The translations under genes and the position numbers were made by a program. 64,000 bases of DNA from the NCBI GenBank assembly GCA_046290225.1, contig JBKAGE010000036.1, positions 352,001 through 416,000 on the forward strand, read 5' to 3'. The stretch comes from Bradymonadia bacterium (GTDB lineage Bacteria; Myxococcota_A; Bradymonadia; UBA7976; UBA1532). Shown here piece by piece: positions 1 to 9,829 of this stretch (position 1 is the stretch's first letter; every line of letters starts with the position of its first letter). The notes under the pieces were generated by a model. That model did not search any database, had not been told where the DNA came from, and saw nothing but the letters and a program-made list of their open reading frames with translations.

Positions 1-1020
1 GATGGCCCCGGTGCCGTAGGTGGCCAGCACGTAGTCGCTGATCCACACGGGGATCTCGTTGCCGTTCACGGGGTTGATGGCGTACGCCCCCGTGAAGACC
101 CCGGTCTTCTCCTTCACCTCGGTCATGCGCTCCCGATCGCTCTTGCGGGCGGCAGCGGCGACATAACCTTCTACAGCCTCACGCTGGCTGTCGGTGGTGA
201 TGCGCTTCACCAGATCGTGCTCGGGGGCCAGCACCATGTAGGTGGCCCCAAAGAGCGTGTCTGGACGGGTGGTGAAGACCGTGATCACACCTGCTTCGTC
301 GCCTTCAGTGGCAGCGAGCTTAAAGTCCACCTCGGCGCCGAAGGAGCGGCCGATCCACTCCTTCTGCATGGTCTTGGTGCTCTTGGGCCAGTCCACCTGC
401 TCGAGATCGTCCATCAGGCGGTCGGCGTAGGCGGTGATCTTGAGCATCCACTGCTTCATGGGCTTGCGGATGACCGGGTGGCCACCACGCTCGCTCTTGC
501 CGTCGATGACCTCTTCGTTGGCGAGCACGGTGCCCAGAGCAGGGCACCAGTTCACGGGCACCTCGGCGATGTAGGCCAGGCCCTTCTTGTAGAGCTGGGT
601 GAAGATCCACTGGGTCCAACGGTAGTAGTTGGGATCAGTGGTGTTCACCATCCGGCTCCAGTCATAGCTGAAGCCCAGGGCCTTGAGCTGCTCGGTGAAC
701 CGCGCCACGTTCCGCTCAGTGGTGATGGCGGGGTGGGTGCCGGTCTGGATCGCGTACTGCTCTGCGGGCAGGCCAAAGGCGTCGTACCCCATGGGGTGCA
801 GCACGTTGAAGCCCTGGGCCCGCTTGTACCGGCTCACGATGTCGGTGGCGGTGTACCCTTCGGGGTGGCCCACGTGAAGGCCGGCGCCGGAGGGGTACGG
901 GAACATGTCAAGACAGTAGAACTTGGGCTTGGTGGTGTCGTTCGTGGTCTTGAAGGTCTCTTCGGCCGCCCAATACTTCTGCCACTTGGGCTCGATCTGG
1001 GCTGGGGTGTACCGGGACAT
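1..1020 (-). CDS. leuS: Leucyl-tRNA synthetase, 5' part (runs off the left edge)
   Basis: Not in the ORF track. Manual translation from ATG at 1020 gives [17 protein letters not shown]...[28 protein letters not shown]...[17 protein letters not shown], with the class I HIGH-type motif HVGH. Confidence 0.97.
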   Translation of the reverse strand, partial: MSRYTPAQIEPKWQKYWAAEETFKTTNDTTKPKFYCLDMFPYPSGAGLHVGHPEGYTATDIVSRYKRAQGFNVLHPMGYDAFGLPAEQYAIQTGTHPAITTERNVARFTEQLKALGFSYDWSRMVNTTDPNYYRWTQWIFTQLYKKGLAYIAEVPVNWCPALGTVLANEEVIDGKSERGGHPVIRKPMKQWMLKITAYADRLMDDLEQVDWPKSTKTMQKEWIGRSFGAEVDFKLAATEGDEAGVITVFTTRPDTLFGATYMVLAPEHDLVKRITTDSQREAVEGYVAAAARKSDRERMTEVKEKTGVFTGAYAINPVNGNEIPVWISDYVLATYGTGAI

Positions 1021-1068
1021 GTCGCTGTCGCTCCGTCGCTTCACATGTGAGCGGCGGAGGATACACGA

Positions 1069-4000
1069 TCACGAGGACTCGGGCACGAAGCCTCGCCTCT
1101 GGGTGTTTTCGGTGATGGTCCGGGGGTTCAGACACTGCAGCAAATAGTCAGGCCCCCCGGCCTTCGTGCCGCCGCCGCTCATGGCAAAACCACCAAACGG
1201 CTGCCGACCCACGATGGCGCCGGTGATGCTGCGGTTGATGTAGAGATTGCCCACCCGATACTCCGTCCGGGCCCGGGCGATGTGCGCTGGCGATCGGCTG
1301 AACACCCCGCCGGTGAGGGCATAGGCGGTGCCGTGGGCGATCTCCAGAGCATGATCGAAATCTCGAGCCTTGATCACCGCGAGCACTGGGCCAAAGAGCT
1401 CGTCCTGCGCGATGGGATCATCTGGGGCCACGCCGGTAAAGATCGTGGGCTCAATGAAGAACCCGGCGCCCTCCCTCACCCCGCCCACACGTCGTTCGGC
1501 ATATCCATCGGCGGCCTCGATGGCTGCCTGCAGCCGATCCCGAGACTCCGTGTCGATGACTGGCCCCACATGACACGCGGGATCAGTGGGCGGCCCCACG
1601 TGCAGACTCTTCGTGGCCTCCACCAGCCGCTCCACGAAGGCGTCGTGGTGCTCTTCGAGTACGATGACCCGAGAGCACGCGCTGCACTTCTGACCTGCAA
1701 AGCCAAAGGCGCTGGACACCACACCCAACACCGCCTCATCGAGATCGGCGTCGCCGTCGACGATGATGGCGTTCTTGCCCCCCATCTCACAGACAACGCG
1801 CTTAAGGTGCATCTGGTCGGGTCCGGTGATCCCGCACTGGCGCCAGATCTCCAACCCAACGGCTCTGCTGCCGGTGAAGAGCACCGTGGCCACTCGCGGA
1901 TCGGCCACCAGAGCCGCCCCCACTTCTTCGCCATAACCCTGGATGCACTGAAACACCCCAGGGTGAGCGCCGTGCTTGCGCATCACTGAATGCACCAGCG
2001 CCGTAAATCGGGCGCCGATGACCGCTGATTGCTCTGCAGGCTTCACGATGGTGGGGTTCCCCGTGACCAGGGCCGCAGCGGTCATGCCCGTGAGGATCGC
2101 CAAGGGAAAATTCCAGGGAGCGATGACCACAGCGGGGCCTCGACCGATGTAGCCGAGGTGGTTGGTCTCTCCGGGCAGGTCCTGCATAAGCCTGGGCACG
2201 TCGAGGCGCATCATCTCCCGGCCGTAGTACTCGAGAAAATCGATGGCCTCGCACACGTCAGCATCTGCCGAGGCCCGGGCCTTGCCCACCTCTCGTAGGA
2301 TGAGCGCGATCCAGGCGTCACGCTCAGCCCGCATGTCGGCGGCGATGTCGAAGAGCACCTGTGCCCGCTCTGCGGCGGGGGTGTCCCGCCATCCAGGGAA
2401 CGCCTCCGCTGCATGATCGAGGGCTTTCTGCGCGAGGGCCACGTCGGCCACAGCCACTGTGCCCACAATTGTCTGACCGTCAGCAGGATCGATGCTTGTG
2501 AGTTGCCGGCCCGTCTCGAGCACGAAGCTGCCACCCACGAGCGAGCCGGCATGGGCTGCGCCAGTCTTCAACGGCGTCCACTGCTGGAGCGCCCGCTCGA
2601 TGGCCGCCCGTTGAGGGGCCTCGGTGAGCTCTCGAAGCGGCTCGTTGACGAACTCACCAGGGTCGGTGGCCAGAGTGCGAGGCCCCGGCACCCCTCGAAG
2701 CATCGGATCTGCGTCCACCGGCTCTGGTTTGGCCAACAGCGTCGCAGTGTCGACGGCCTCGACAAAACCCATGCGTAGCCAGCTCTGGTTGCTGGTGTTC
2801 TCGAGCAGACGCCGCACGAGGTAGGCCATACCAGGAATCAAATCACCCACGGGGGCATAGACCCGCACTCGATAGCCGAGGTTGACGCAGGCGGCCTTTA
2901 TGGGCTCAGCCATGCCATAGAGGCACTGCACCTCGAAGGCCTCTTTTGGGAGCTTCTCTCGCTCGGCGATGGCCATGGCGTGGGCGAGGCTGCGCACGTT
3001 GTGGCTGCCGATGGCGGTCTTGAGGTGTTTGTGGTTCTTGAGCAGTAACTCGGCGCAACGCTCAAAGCACGCGTCGGTGTCGCCCTTGTGCAACCACACC
3101 GGCGAGGCCCAGCCTTCTTGATGGGCCTTCACGGTCTCGTAGTCCCAGTAGGCCCCCTTCACCAGTCGAATGGTGATCCGCTTGCCGCTGCGCTTGGCCC
3201 ACTGCACGAGGTCACGGGTGTCGGCCTCGGCAGAGCGCAGATAGGCCTGCACCACCACCCCGGCATCGGACCACCCCTCAAGGCTGGGATCGGACATCAC
3301 CTGTTTGAAGATGGCGTACGTGAGATCTTTGTAGGCGAACTGCTCCATGTCGACGTTGAGGAACACCCCCCGCCGTCTCGCCGCCTGAAACAGCGGCAGC
3401 AGCCGAGCGCTGGCCCGCTCGACGCTGTGGTCGAAGGCCTCGGCGCTCAGCTGGGAGTACATGGCGCTCACCTTCACCGAGACGTTCACTCTGGGGATGA
3501 GCCCCTTGTCGTCTCGCTCGAGCGTCTCGTCCTGGGTCCAATCCGCGCAGGCGTCGGCGAGGCCTTCAATCAGGGCGAGATACTTTGCGGCATACGCCTC
3601 GGCTTCTGCCTCACTGACGGTGGCCTCGCCCAGCAAATCGACGGTGAAGCCCTGCCTGGCATCACGGAGCTGTTTCAGCGTGGACAGCGCGCTCTCGGCG
3701 TCGGTCCCCACGATGAACCGCTTTGCCATACCTTCGAGATTCTTGGCGATCTGGCCTGCTGCGACCTTGGTGGCCATCTTGCCCAGCCCGGCGCCCTTGA
3801 GGGCCATCTTGATGACTGCAGGGGGCTTCACCCCGGGCCGCAGCAGGTATTCCTGAATGTGCCGCGCGATCTCTTCGGGGCTCTGCAGCACGGGGAAGAC
3901 GTCGACAAACCGGAACATCTCGGTTTTGAAGCCTTCGTCCTTCATGGCCCACTCAAGGACCTGGCCGCTCCACCACGCTTTGTTGAACAGGCCTGGGGTC

Positions 4001-4089
4001 TCCCCCTTCATCTCGGCGAAGAGCTGCTCGCCGATGGCCTGGATCCGCGACTCCAGGTTGGCTTTTGAACGAAAAAGCACCGCAGCCAC
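1069..4089 (-). CDS. putA: Bifunctional proline dehydrogenase / glutamate-semialdehyde (P5C) dehydrogenase
   Basis: PRODH motifs VDLLGE, RLVKGAYWD, YLVRRLLENTSN. ALDH motifs PWNFP, FTGS, EMGGKN, GQKCSAC, ELFGP. 1006 aa short form with no DNA-binding domain apparent. Confidence 0.96.
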   Translation of the reverse strand: MAAVLFRSKANLESRIQAIGEQLFAEMKGETPGLFNKAWWSGQVLEWAMKDEGFKTEMFRFVDVFPVLQSPEEIARHIQEYLLRPGVKPPAVIKMALKGAGLGKMATKVAAGQIAKNLEGMAKRFIVGTDAESALSTLKQLRDARQGFTVDLLGEATVSEAEAEAYAAKYLALIEGLADACADWTQDETLERDDKGLIPRVNVSVKVSAMYSQLSAEAFDHSVERASARLLPLFQAARRRGVFLNVDMEQFAYKDLTYAIFKQVMSDPSLEGWSDAGVVVQAYLRSAEADTRDLVQWAKRSGKRITIRLVKGAYWDYETVKAHQEGWASPVWLHKGDTDACFERCAELLLKNHKHLKTAIGSHNVRSLAHAMAIAEREKLPKEAFEVQCLYGMAEPIKAACVNLGYRVRVYAPVGDLIPGMAYLVRRLLENTSNQSWLRMGFVEAVDTATLLAKPEPVDADPMLRGVPGPRTLATDPGEFVNEPLRELTEAPQRAAIERALQQWTPLKTGAAHAGSLVGGSFVLETGRQLTSIDPADGQTIVGTVAVADVALAQKALDHAAEAFPGWRDTPAAERAQVLFDIAADMRAERDAWIALILREVGKARASADADVCEAIDFLEYYGREMMRLDVPRLMQDLPGETNHLGYIGRGPAVVIAPWNFPLAILTGMTAAALVTGNPTIVKPAEQSAVIGARFTALVHSVMRKHGAHPGVFQCIQGYGEEVGAALVADPRVATVLFTGSRAVGLEIWRQCGITGPDQMHLKRVVCEMGGKNAIIVDGDADLDEAVLGVVSSAFGFAGQKCSACSRVIVLEEHHDAFVERLVEATKSLHVGPPTDPACHVGPVIDTESRDRLQAAIEAADGYAERRVGGVREGAGFFIEPTIFTGVAPDDPIAQDELFGPVLAVIKARDFDHALEIAHGTAYALTGGVFSRSPAHIARARTEYRVGNLYINRSITGAIVGRQPFGGFAMSGGGTKAGGPDYLLQCLNPRTITENTQRRGFVPESS

Positions 4090-4396
4090 CTCCAGTGAGC
4101 GCCTCGACGGCCACCAACCGCGAGCGCTCGGTTAGATGTGTCTCTTTCCCACTGGAGATGATAGCGCACTCCGAACAAAATCGAGTGATGGTGGATGGAT
4201 ATGGTGGTTGATGAAGCGGGCCTTGGACATGCTGACTTGCTCTGAGCCGCCCTCCCACCACCCTAAACATCTAGAACTTAAAAACATCACCATATAGAAC
4301 GCCATAACACCGAAATAAAACGCACTGTTTTGCTGGCAGGGTGTGATCTATCTCTCGAGCGCTCTGGATGGTTTCAAAATGCCTGTGATTTCAGGG

Positions 4397-4728
4397 GTCG
4401 CTCCGCTGGCAAGAGAGTTTCGGGCACGGGCAAGGGCACGGGCACGGGCACGAGTTGATTCGGGTGTGGACCCGTGGTCCTGCATGATTCAGGACGAAGG
4501 TTGTCATTGAAGCTGAGACGGTACGCTTCGAAATGGCCTGAGAGTTCAGATCTTGGGGTGTATGGACCTCAAAACCTCCACTGAGGAGAGCGTGGGGCCG
4601 AGCAAAGCCTCCAACATCACAGACCCACGAGCGGAGTCATGCTGGGCCACGGGTCCACACCCGAATCAACTCGTGCCCGTGCCCGTGCCCTTGCCCGTGC
4701 CCGAAAACTGATCTGCGAGCGAAGCGAG
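4397..4728. repeat. Hairpin (MITE/REPIN-like) element, copy 1, with (GGGCAC)n arms
   Basis: Perfect 60-bp inverted repeat 4418-4477 / 4647-4706. The ~170-bp core is homologous (reverse complement) to 9538-9720. Right end TCTGCGAGCGAAGCGAG is shared with copy 2. Confidence 0.9.
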
Positions 4729-4804
4729 GATCTCTTCCCCTCCCATGTGACACCCTGACCACAACCGGACTCTCCCCCAACACAAGCACAACACCGAGCC
4801 CTCC

Positions 4805-5443
4805 ATGCCCCAGGCCCCCGAGCACGCCGACATCGCCTTCGCCCACGCCCTCGCCAATGGCGAGCGCGAGGCCGTGGTGCGTTTCGAGGCGCAGTATCGA
4901 CGGGTTATCCGGCATGCCCTCGGCGTGGCCATTCGGCGGTGGAAGCCCGAATCACCGGTGGAGCCCGAAGACTTCGTCCAGGACTTCATCGGCTTTTTGT
5001 TCACCGACAGAGGCCGTCGCCTGCGGAGCTTCGAGGGCCGTTCTTCCTTTGGTGGGTGGCTCTACACCGTAGCGTTGAGGCACTTCCAACGCGCCCTGTC
5101 CAAGCTCGCGAAGGACAGGCGCTCGGAGGTCGTCCTCACCCGGCTGCCCGAGCGCGAGGAGCGGCGACCTGACCACCTCGCAGCGGTGGCTGCCGACGCA
5201 GAGCGCTTGCGGGCGGTGGTGGGGCAGTTGCCAGAGCGTGATCGGCTTTATGTGCGCCTGTTCTATGTCGAAGGCCTCAACGCCAGCGAAGTGGCGCGCA
5301 CCCTCGGCAAGCGACCCTCAGCAGTGCGCATGCACAAGATGAGACTCCTGGAACGCCTGCGGGTGATGCTCGACGAGCCCCCGGAGGAGACCACCTCGAC
5401 GAGACCCGAGGCCACACGCCGTCGGGTCGGGGAGGATCCATGA
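4805..5443 (+). CDS. ECF-family RNA polymerase sigma factor
   Basis: Region 2-like EDFVQD...FEGRSSFGGWLYTVA and region 4-like LPERDRLYVRLFYVEGLNASEVARTLG; 212 aa. Confidence 0.9.
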   Translation: MPQAPEHADIAFAHALANGEREAVVRFEAQYRRVIRHALGVAIRRWKPESPVEPEDFVQDFIGFLFTDRGRRLRSFEGRSSFGGWLYTVALRHFQRALSKLAKDRRSEVVLTRLPEREERRPDHLAAVAADAERLRAVVGQLPERDRLYVRLFYVEGLNASEVARTLGKRPSAVRMHKMRLLERLRVMLDEPPEETTSTRPEATRRRVGEDP

Positions 5444-6543
5444 CCCACGAGCGACTGGAAGCTCGACTCAGAGTGCTCGACATGCAGTGGGACTCTGTGG
5501 GCGAGCACCTCGACGAGGCCGCGCTGCTCGAGATCGTCGGCGGGCGGGCGCCCGAGCCCCATGAAGCGGCCCACCTGGCCAGCTGCGACGAATGCACAGA
5601 GCTGCTCATCGTGCTCGGTGTTGGCCTCGAAGCCCTCGCTGCGGACATCCCCGAGGCCGCGGCCATGGTGCCGTTGGGCAACGCAGAGACACCCGTTGAG
5701 CCCCTGACAGAGGCACCCCTCGAGCATGCTGCTGGCCAGACGCCAGAATCACCTCCTGTATCTGGGGGCAAGCTCCTCTATCTCCCTCGGCCTGTGAAGT
5801 GGCTGATGATGGTGGCCATCGTCGCTGGGGTGGCCTTTGCAGGACACTCCACGTTGTCACCCTCTGCAACGGTACAAAATCTCGCGACGGCGACCCGAGA
5901 CCTGCCCACCCTCGAAGCGGCCCCAGCGCCATCAACCCAGATCGCCCCAGTACAACTCGCCCCAGTACAACTCGCCCCAGTACAACTCGCCACAGCACCC
6001 GCTCGACCTCTTCGTCCTGTGGAGGAGGTCGCCTCTCTGCCACATCCTCCGGTGCCTCGAGTCAAACGCTCCCTGGCCCTTCCCCCGCTTTCTCAACGCT
6101 CAGGTGTCGAAGATCTCACCCCAGCACCGCCTTCAGGCTGGTCTCCGCCTCCTGCGGTTGAGACGCCCAAAGTGATTGCCGAGGTACAGGCGCCTCGGCG
6201 TCGGATACGCAGAGCTCGCCGAGTCGCTCCAGATGTCGTCGAGGACACACCATTTCGGCGTCCGGGGCCCTCTGCACCCATCTCGGGCCGTCCCAGAGCC
6301 TTTGGCCAGCTGCAGTTGATCAGCAAGCCCCCCTCACGGGTCTACATCGACGGGCGAGATCGGGGCTGGACCCCCATCGTGAATCTGCGGCTGCCCGAAG
6401 GCCCCCACGACATCCGGCTGGTGTACTCGCACCCTCGGGCACGACAGGCCGAGGAGACATTCCGGGTGGTGATTCCGCCAGATAAAACCTGGCGGATCTC
6501 GCGGGACAACCTCGGCCCTGCTCGTGGCGGTGTGGGGCCCTGA
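5440..6543 (+). CDS. Putative zinc-binding anti-sigma factor with TM helix, Pro-rich linker and C-terminal PEGA domain
   Basis: HLASCDEC (HxxxCxxC ZAS motif), hydrophobic WLMMVAIVAGVAFAG, PEGA-like SRVYIDGRDRGWTPIVNLRLPEGPHDIRL; ATGA overlap with the sigma gene. Confidence 0.8.
   Translation: MTHERLEARLRVLDMQWDSVGEHLDEAALLEIVGGRAPEPHEAAHLASCDECTELLIVLGVGLEALAADIPEAAAMVPLGNAETPVEPLTEAPLEHAAGQTPESPPVSGGKLLYLPRPVKWLMMVAIVAGVAFAGHSTLSPSATVQNLATATRDLPTLEAAPAPSTQIAPVQLAPVQLAPVQLATAPARPLRPVEEVASLPHPPVPRVKRSLALPPLSQRSGVEDLTPAPPSGWSPPPAVETPKVIAEVQAPRRRIRRARRVAPDVVEDTPFRRPGPSAPISGRPRAFGQLQLISKPPSRVYIDGRDRGWTPIVNLRLPEGPHDIRLVYSHPRARQAEETFRVVIPPDKTWRISRDNLGPARGGVGP
5942..5991 (+). repeat. 15-bp tandem repeat x3 encoding APVQL
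   Basis: TCGCCCCAGTACAAC repeated exactly three times inside the anti-sigma gene. Confidence 0.9.
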
Positions 6544-6663
6544 CGCCCCGGGCGGAAGGGGCACTGGTCAGGACGCTTGTCACCAGCCACATCCCTGGGG
6601 CGGGCCCCGTCGCCTTGATGCACCCGCAGGCCTTTGGCATTGTTTGTGAAGTTCGAGAGGCTC

Positions 6664-6679
6664 TCGGTACATGTACCGA
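6664..6679. promoter_or_regulatory. Perfect 16-bp palindrome, possible operator
   Basis: TCGGTACATGTACCGA lies about 20 bp upstream of the AGGAG ribosome-binding site of the next gene. Confidence 0.35.
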
Positions 6680-6711
6680 TCCGAGCCGCTTCCCCTTCCA
6701 AGGAGTTCACA

Positions 6712-9306
6712 GTGCGTCGATCTGCATCGAGCCCCCTCCTCCCGGCGCTTCTCGCCGCGGCCACCACCCTGGCCGTCTGCCCCACGGCGAACGCCAACGT
6801 GACGCCCTTCGGAGAGCGGGTCAACGAGGCCATCGAGCGTGGCCTGACCTACCTGAGGAACATCCAACAGGGGAACGGCCGCTTCGGCGACAACAACACC
6901 TCTGGCGGGCCCACGGGCCTGGCGCTCCTAGCGTTCTTGGAGAAGCGGGCCAGCGCTGACTGGAACGCCGCTCACGTGGGCTATGAGAACTCCAGCCCTG
7001 ATGATCAGCAGCGCATCCGCAACGGGGTGCGCCACTGCATCGACAACGTGCCGGGCTTCCGAGGCGGCAACCCCTACTCCTACACCACGGGCTCATGCCT
7101 CATGGCCCTGAGCCTCTATCTCACCACCGGCGGCCCCAATGACGTAGGGGCAGGCGCCGCGGTGAACACCGCGGTGAACAACGCCGTGAATGCCCTGCGC
7201 AACACCCAGGGCAGCCAGGGCTCCAACCAGGGTGGCTGGAACTACACCACGCCCGACAGCAATGGCGATCTCTCCACGACGCAGTTCTCCATGGCAGGCC
7301 TCGCCGCGGCGGTCTCGGTGCGCCCGGACGCCGGCGACACCCTGCCCCTGGCGGTGAGCTTCGTCACCAACGCCAAGAACGGTGACGGCGGCCACAAGTA
7401 CCGCAGCGGAGGCAACTACAACAGCACCTCGGCGATGTCGGCCTCGGGCCTCTGGACCTACCGCCTCGCGGGCCTGCCCACGAGCGACGATCGGGTGCAG
7501 TCCGCCCTTGGCTGGCTGCAGAGCAACTATCGCTACAACAGCCTGATCACCATCAACGGTTGGCAGAGCCAGTACTACTACCTCTGGGCCGCCGCGAAGG
7601 GCTTCGAGGTGACCCCCGATGATGGCAATGGGGCAGCGATCTACGCCGACAACATCGGCGGCGTGCGCGATCCTGCCGGCGACGGGTTCCCCGAAGAAGC
7701 TCCGAACTGGTACTACGACTTCGCCTGGTACCTCATGGACGTACAGGCAGGGAACGGCAGCTGGGGCAGCAACCCCGGCAGCTGGGACGTCACCGCAGCA
7801 ACCTCGTACTCCATCCTCGTGCTGCAGCGCTCCCTCGGCGGGGTCTGCATCCTCGACGAGGACATGGACGACTTCTGCGACACCCTCGAAGACAACTGCC
7901 CCGGCATCCCCAACCCTGATCAGGCCGATCAAGACGGCGACGGCATCGGCGATGTCTGCGACAACTGTCCCGAGGAGGCCAACGTCGATCAGGTCGATGA
8001 GGACGCCGACGGCATCGGTGACGCCTGCGACGACATCATCTGTGTGCCCGACGGCAACCCAGATCTCTGCGACGGGCTGGACAACGACTGCGACGGCGAG
8101 GTGGACGAAGGTCCCGACGGCGCCGCTCCGGTGGCCCCGGGCACCTGCGCAACGGGCCTGCCGGGCCTCTGCGCCACGGGTCAGCGCGCCTGCATCGACG
8201 GCGAGGTGGTCTGTGAGCCCGACAACGAGCCCACGGACGACATCTGCGATCTCTACGACAACGACTGCGACGGCATGATCGATGAGGGGCTCTACAACGT
8301 CTGCGGCACCTGCGGCGAGGTCCCTCAGGAAGAGTGCAATGGCATCGACGACGACTGCGACGGCACCATCGACGAGGGTGGCGATCTCTGCGACATCGGC
8401 GCCACCTGCGCTCAGGGCGACTGCCGCACCAACTGCCCGGATCGTGAGTGTCTCAACGGCGGTGAGTTCTGTGATCCTGATCTGCTGCTCTGTGGCGAGG
8501 CCTGTGAGCTGGTGGAGTGTGGCTTCGGTCTCGCCTGTGATCCGCAAACGAATCAGTGCTTCGACCCCTGCGCTGGCGTGAGCTGTGGCGACGGCGAGCG
8601 CTGCTGGCTCGGCGACTGCGTGCCCAATGACTGTGAGTACACGGGCTGTGAAGCGGGCAGCATCTGCGACGGCAACGAGTGTGTGCCTGATCCCTGCGCA
8701 GCGGCGGAGTGCGAAGAAGGCGAGTTCTGTCGTGGTGGTCAGTGTATCCCCAGCTGCGCTCAGGTCAGCTGCACCTTCGGTGAGGTCTGTGTTGATGGCG
8801 CCTGTGTAGAGGATCCGTGTGGCGGGGTCACCTGCCCCGACGGCGAGGCCTGCATCGACGGCTTCTGCGAGGCTGATCCCTGTGAGGGTGTGAACGATTG
8901 TGGTGAGAACCAGTTCTGCCTGAACGGCGAGTGCATCTTCGATCCCTGCACCGACGTGGCCTGTCCTCCGGGGCAAACCTGTGAGGTGCGCCAGGGGACG
9001 GCCCAGTGCATCCGCATCGTTCAGCCCGAGCCGATGATGCCCCCTGGCCCCGACATGGGGGTCGGCGGCGCCGGTGGCATGGGCGGTATGGGCGGCGCTG
9101 GTGGATTCGGTGCTGGCCCTGGCGGTGCGGGTGGCACCGGCGGTGGTGGCATCACGCCTCCGCCCCCGGCACCTGACTCCGGCGTGGACGATGGCGGCTC
9201 TGGCGACGAGGCTGGGGGCTGCAACTGTGATGCTTCGACGGGCGGTGGTGCCTCCGGGCTCTGGCTGCTGGTCTTGGGCCTGGGGCTGTTGCGTCGGCGG
9301 CGCTGA
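6712..9306 (+). CDS. Large surface protein: prenyltransferase/squalene-cyclase-like helical barrel, TSP3-like Ca-binding repeats, [10 protein letters not shown] repeats, Cys-rich repeats, MYXO-CTERM-like tail
   Basis: AGGAG then GTG at 6712 and a signal peptide. QW-like motifs (QGGWNY, QAGNGSW), [24 protein letters not shown], three CxxxDxDCDG motifs, C-terminal GCNC...[16 protein letters not shown]. Confidence 0.85.
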   Translation: MRRSASSPLLPALLAAATTLAVCPTANANVTPFGERVNEAIERGLTYLRNIQQGNGRFGDNNTSGGPTGLALLAFLEKRASADWNAAHVGYENSSPDDQQRIRNGVRHCIDNVPGFRGGNPYSYTTGSCLMALSLYLTTGGPNDVGAGAAVNTAVNNAVNALRNTQGSQGSNQGGWNYTTPDSNGDLSTTQFSMAGLAAAVSVRPDAGDTLPLAVSFVTNAKNGDGGHKYRSGGNYNSTSAMSASGLWTYRLAGLPTSDDRVQSALGWLQSNYRYNSLITINGWQSQYYYLWAAAKGFEVTPDDGNGAAIYADNIGGVRDPAGDGFPEEAPNWYYDFAWYLMDVQAGNGSWGSNPGSWDVTAATSYSILVLQRSLGGVCILDEDMDDFCDTLEDNCPGIPNPDQADQDGDGIGDVCDNCPEEANVDQVDEDADGIGDACDDIICVPDGNPDLCDGLDNDCDGEVDEGPDGAAPVAPGTCATGLPGLCATGQRACIDGEVVCEPDNEPTDDICDLYDNDCDGMIDEGLYNVCGTCGEVPQEECNGIDDDCDGTIDEGGDLCDIGATCAQGDCRTNCPDRECLNGGEFCDPDLLLCGEACELVECGFGLACDPQTNQCFDPCAGVSCGDGERCWLGDCVPNDCEYTGCEAGSICDGNECVPDPCAAAECEEGEFCRGGQCIPSCAQVSCTFGEVCVDGACVEDPCGGVTCPDGEACIDGFCEADPCEGVNDCGENQFCLNGECIFDPCTDVACPPGQTCEVRQGTAQCIRIVQPEPMMPPGPDMGVGGAGGMGGMGGAGGFGAGPGGAGGTGGGGITPPPPAPDSGVDDGGSGDEAGGCNCDASTGGGASGLWLLVLGLGLLRRRR

Positions 9307-9359
9307 GCTCTTCTATTGGGCTCTATCTGCAGCTCAGAATAAGTCTGACAGGTGTAGGA

Positions 9360-9794
9360 CTCGCTTCGCTCGCAGAGAGAGTTTTTCGGGCACGGGCACG
9401 GGCACGGGCACGGGCACGAGTTTCACGGGTGTGGACAGTGCAGCCTGAGGCTGCATGTCTTGGAGCGAGTGTAGGCCTGCGTAGCCGGCCGGAGGGAGCG
9501 GAAAGACACCCGGAGGGCTGTCCACTGGTCAACCTGACCCATGGCCCTGCATGACTCCGCTCGTGGGTGTGTGATGGTGGAGGCTCCACTCGGCCCCATG
9601 TGTCTCTCATTGGAGGTTTTGACCTCCATACACCCCAAGACCTGAACTCTCAGGTCGTTCTGAAACGCATCATTCCAGCGTCAGTCGTAGCCTTTGCCCT
9701 GAGTCATGCAGGGCCACGGGTTCACACCCGTAAAACTCGTGCCCGTGCCCGTGCCCGTGCCCGTGCCCGAAAACTGATCTGCGAGCGAAGCGAG
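9360..9794. repeat. Hairpin (MITE/REPIN-like) element, copy 2, with internal ~100-bp insert
   Basis: Terminal 17-bp perfect IR CTCGCTTCGCTCGCAGA (9360-9376) / TCTGCGAGCGAAGCGAG (9778-9794). (GGGCAC)5 / (GTGCCC)5 arms. Core homologous to copy 1 in opposite orientation. Confidence 0.9.
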
Positions 9795-9829
9795 CCCACC
9801 CCCATCACACCAACAACGTAGAAGTCTAC

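Noticed and set aside
217..1050. 277-aa plus-strand ORF
   Set aside because: Antisense shadow of leuS; no motifs of its own.
4421..4452. (GGGCAC)n runs as a CRISPR array
   Set aside because: Hexamer microsatellite with no spacers and no cas genes in the window.
7093..8976. 627-aa minus-strand ORF
   Set aside because: Antisense frame of a high-GC3 gene; stop-poor by composition.
9323..9821. Short ORFs with ARARAR / GTGTGT / VPVPVP peptides (also 4637-5004)
   Set aside because: Translations of the hexamer repeat in several frames; no RBS or coding bias.
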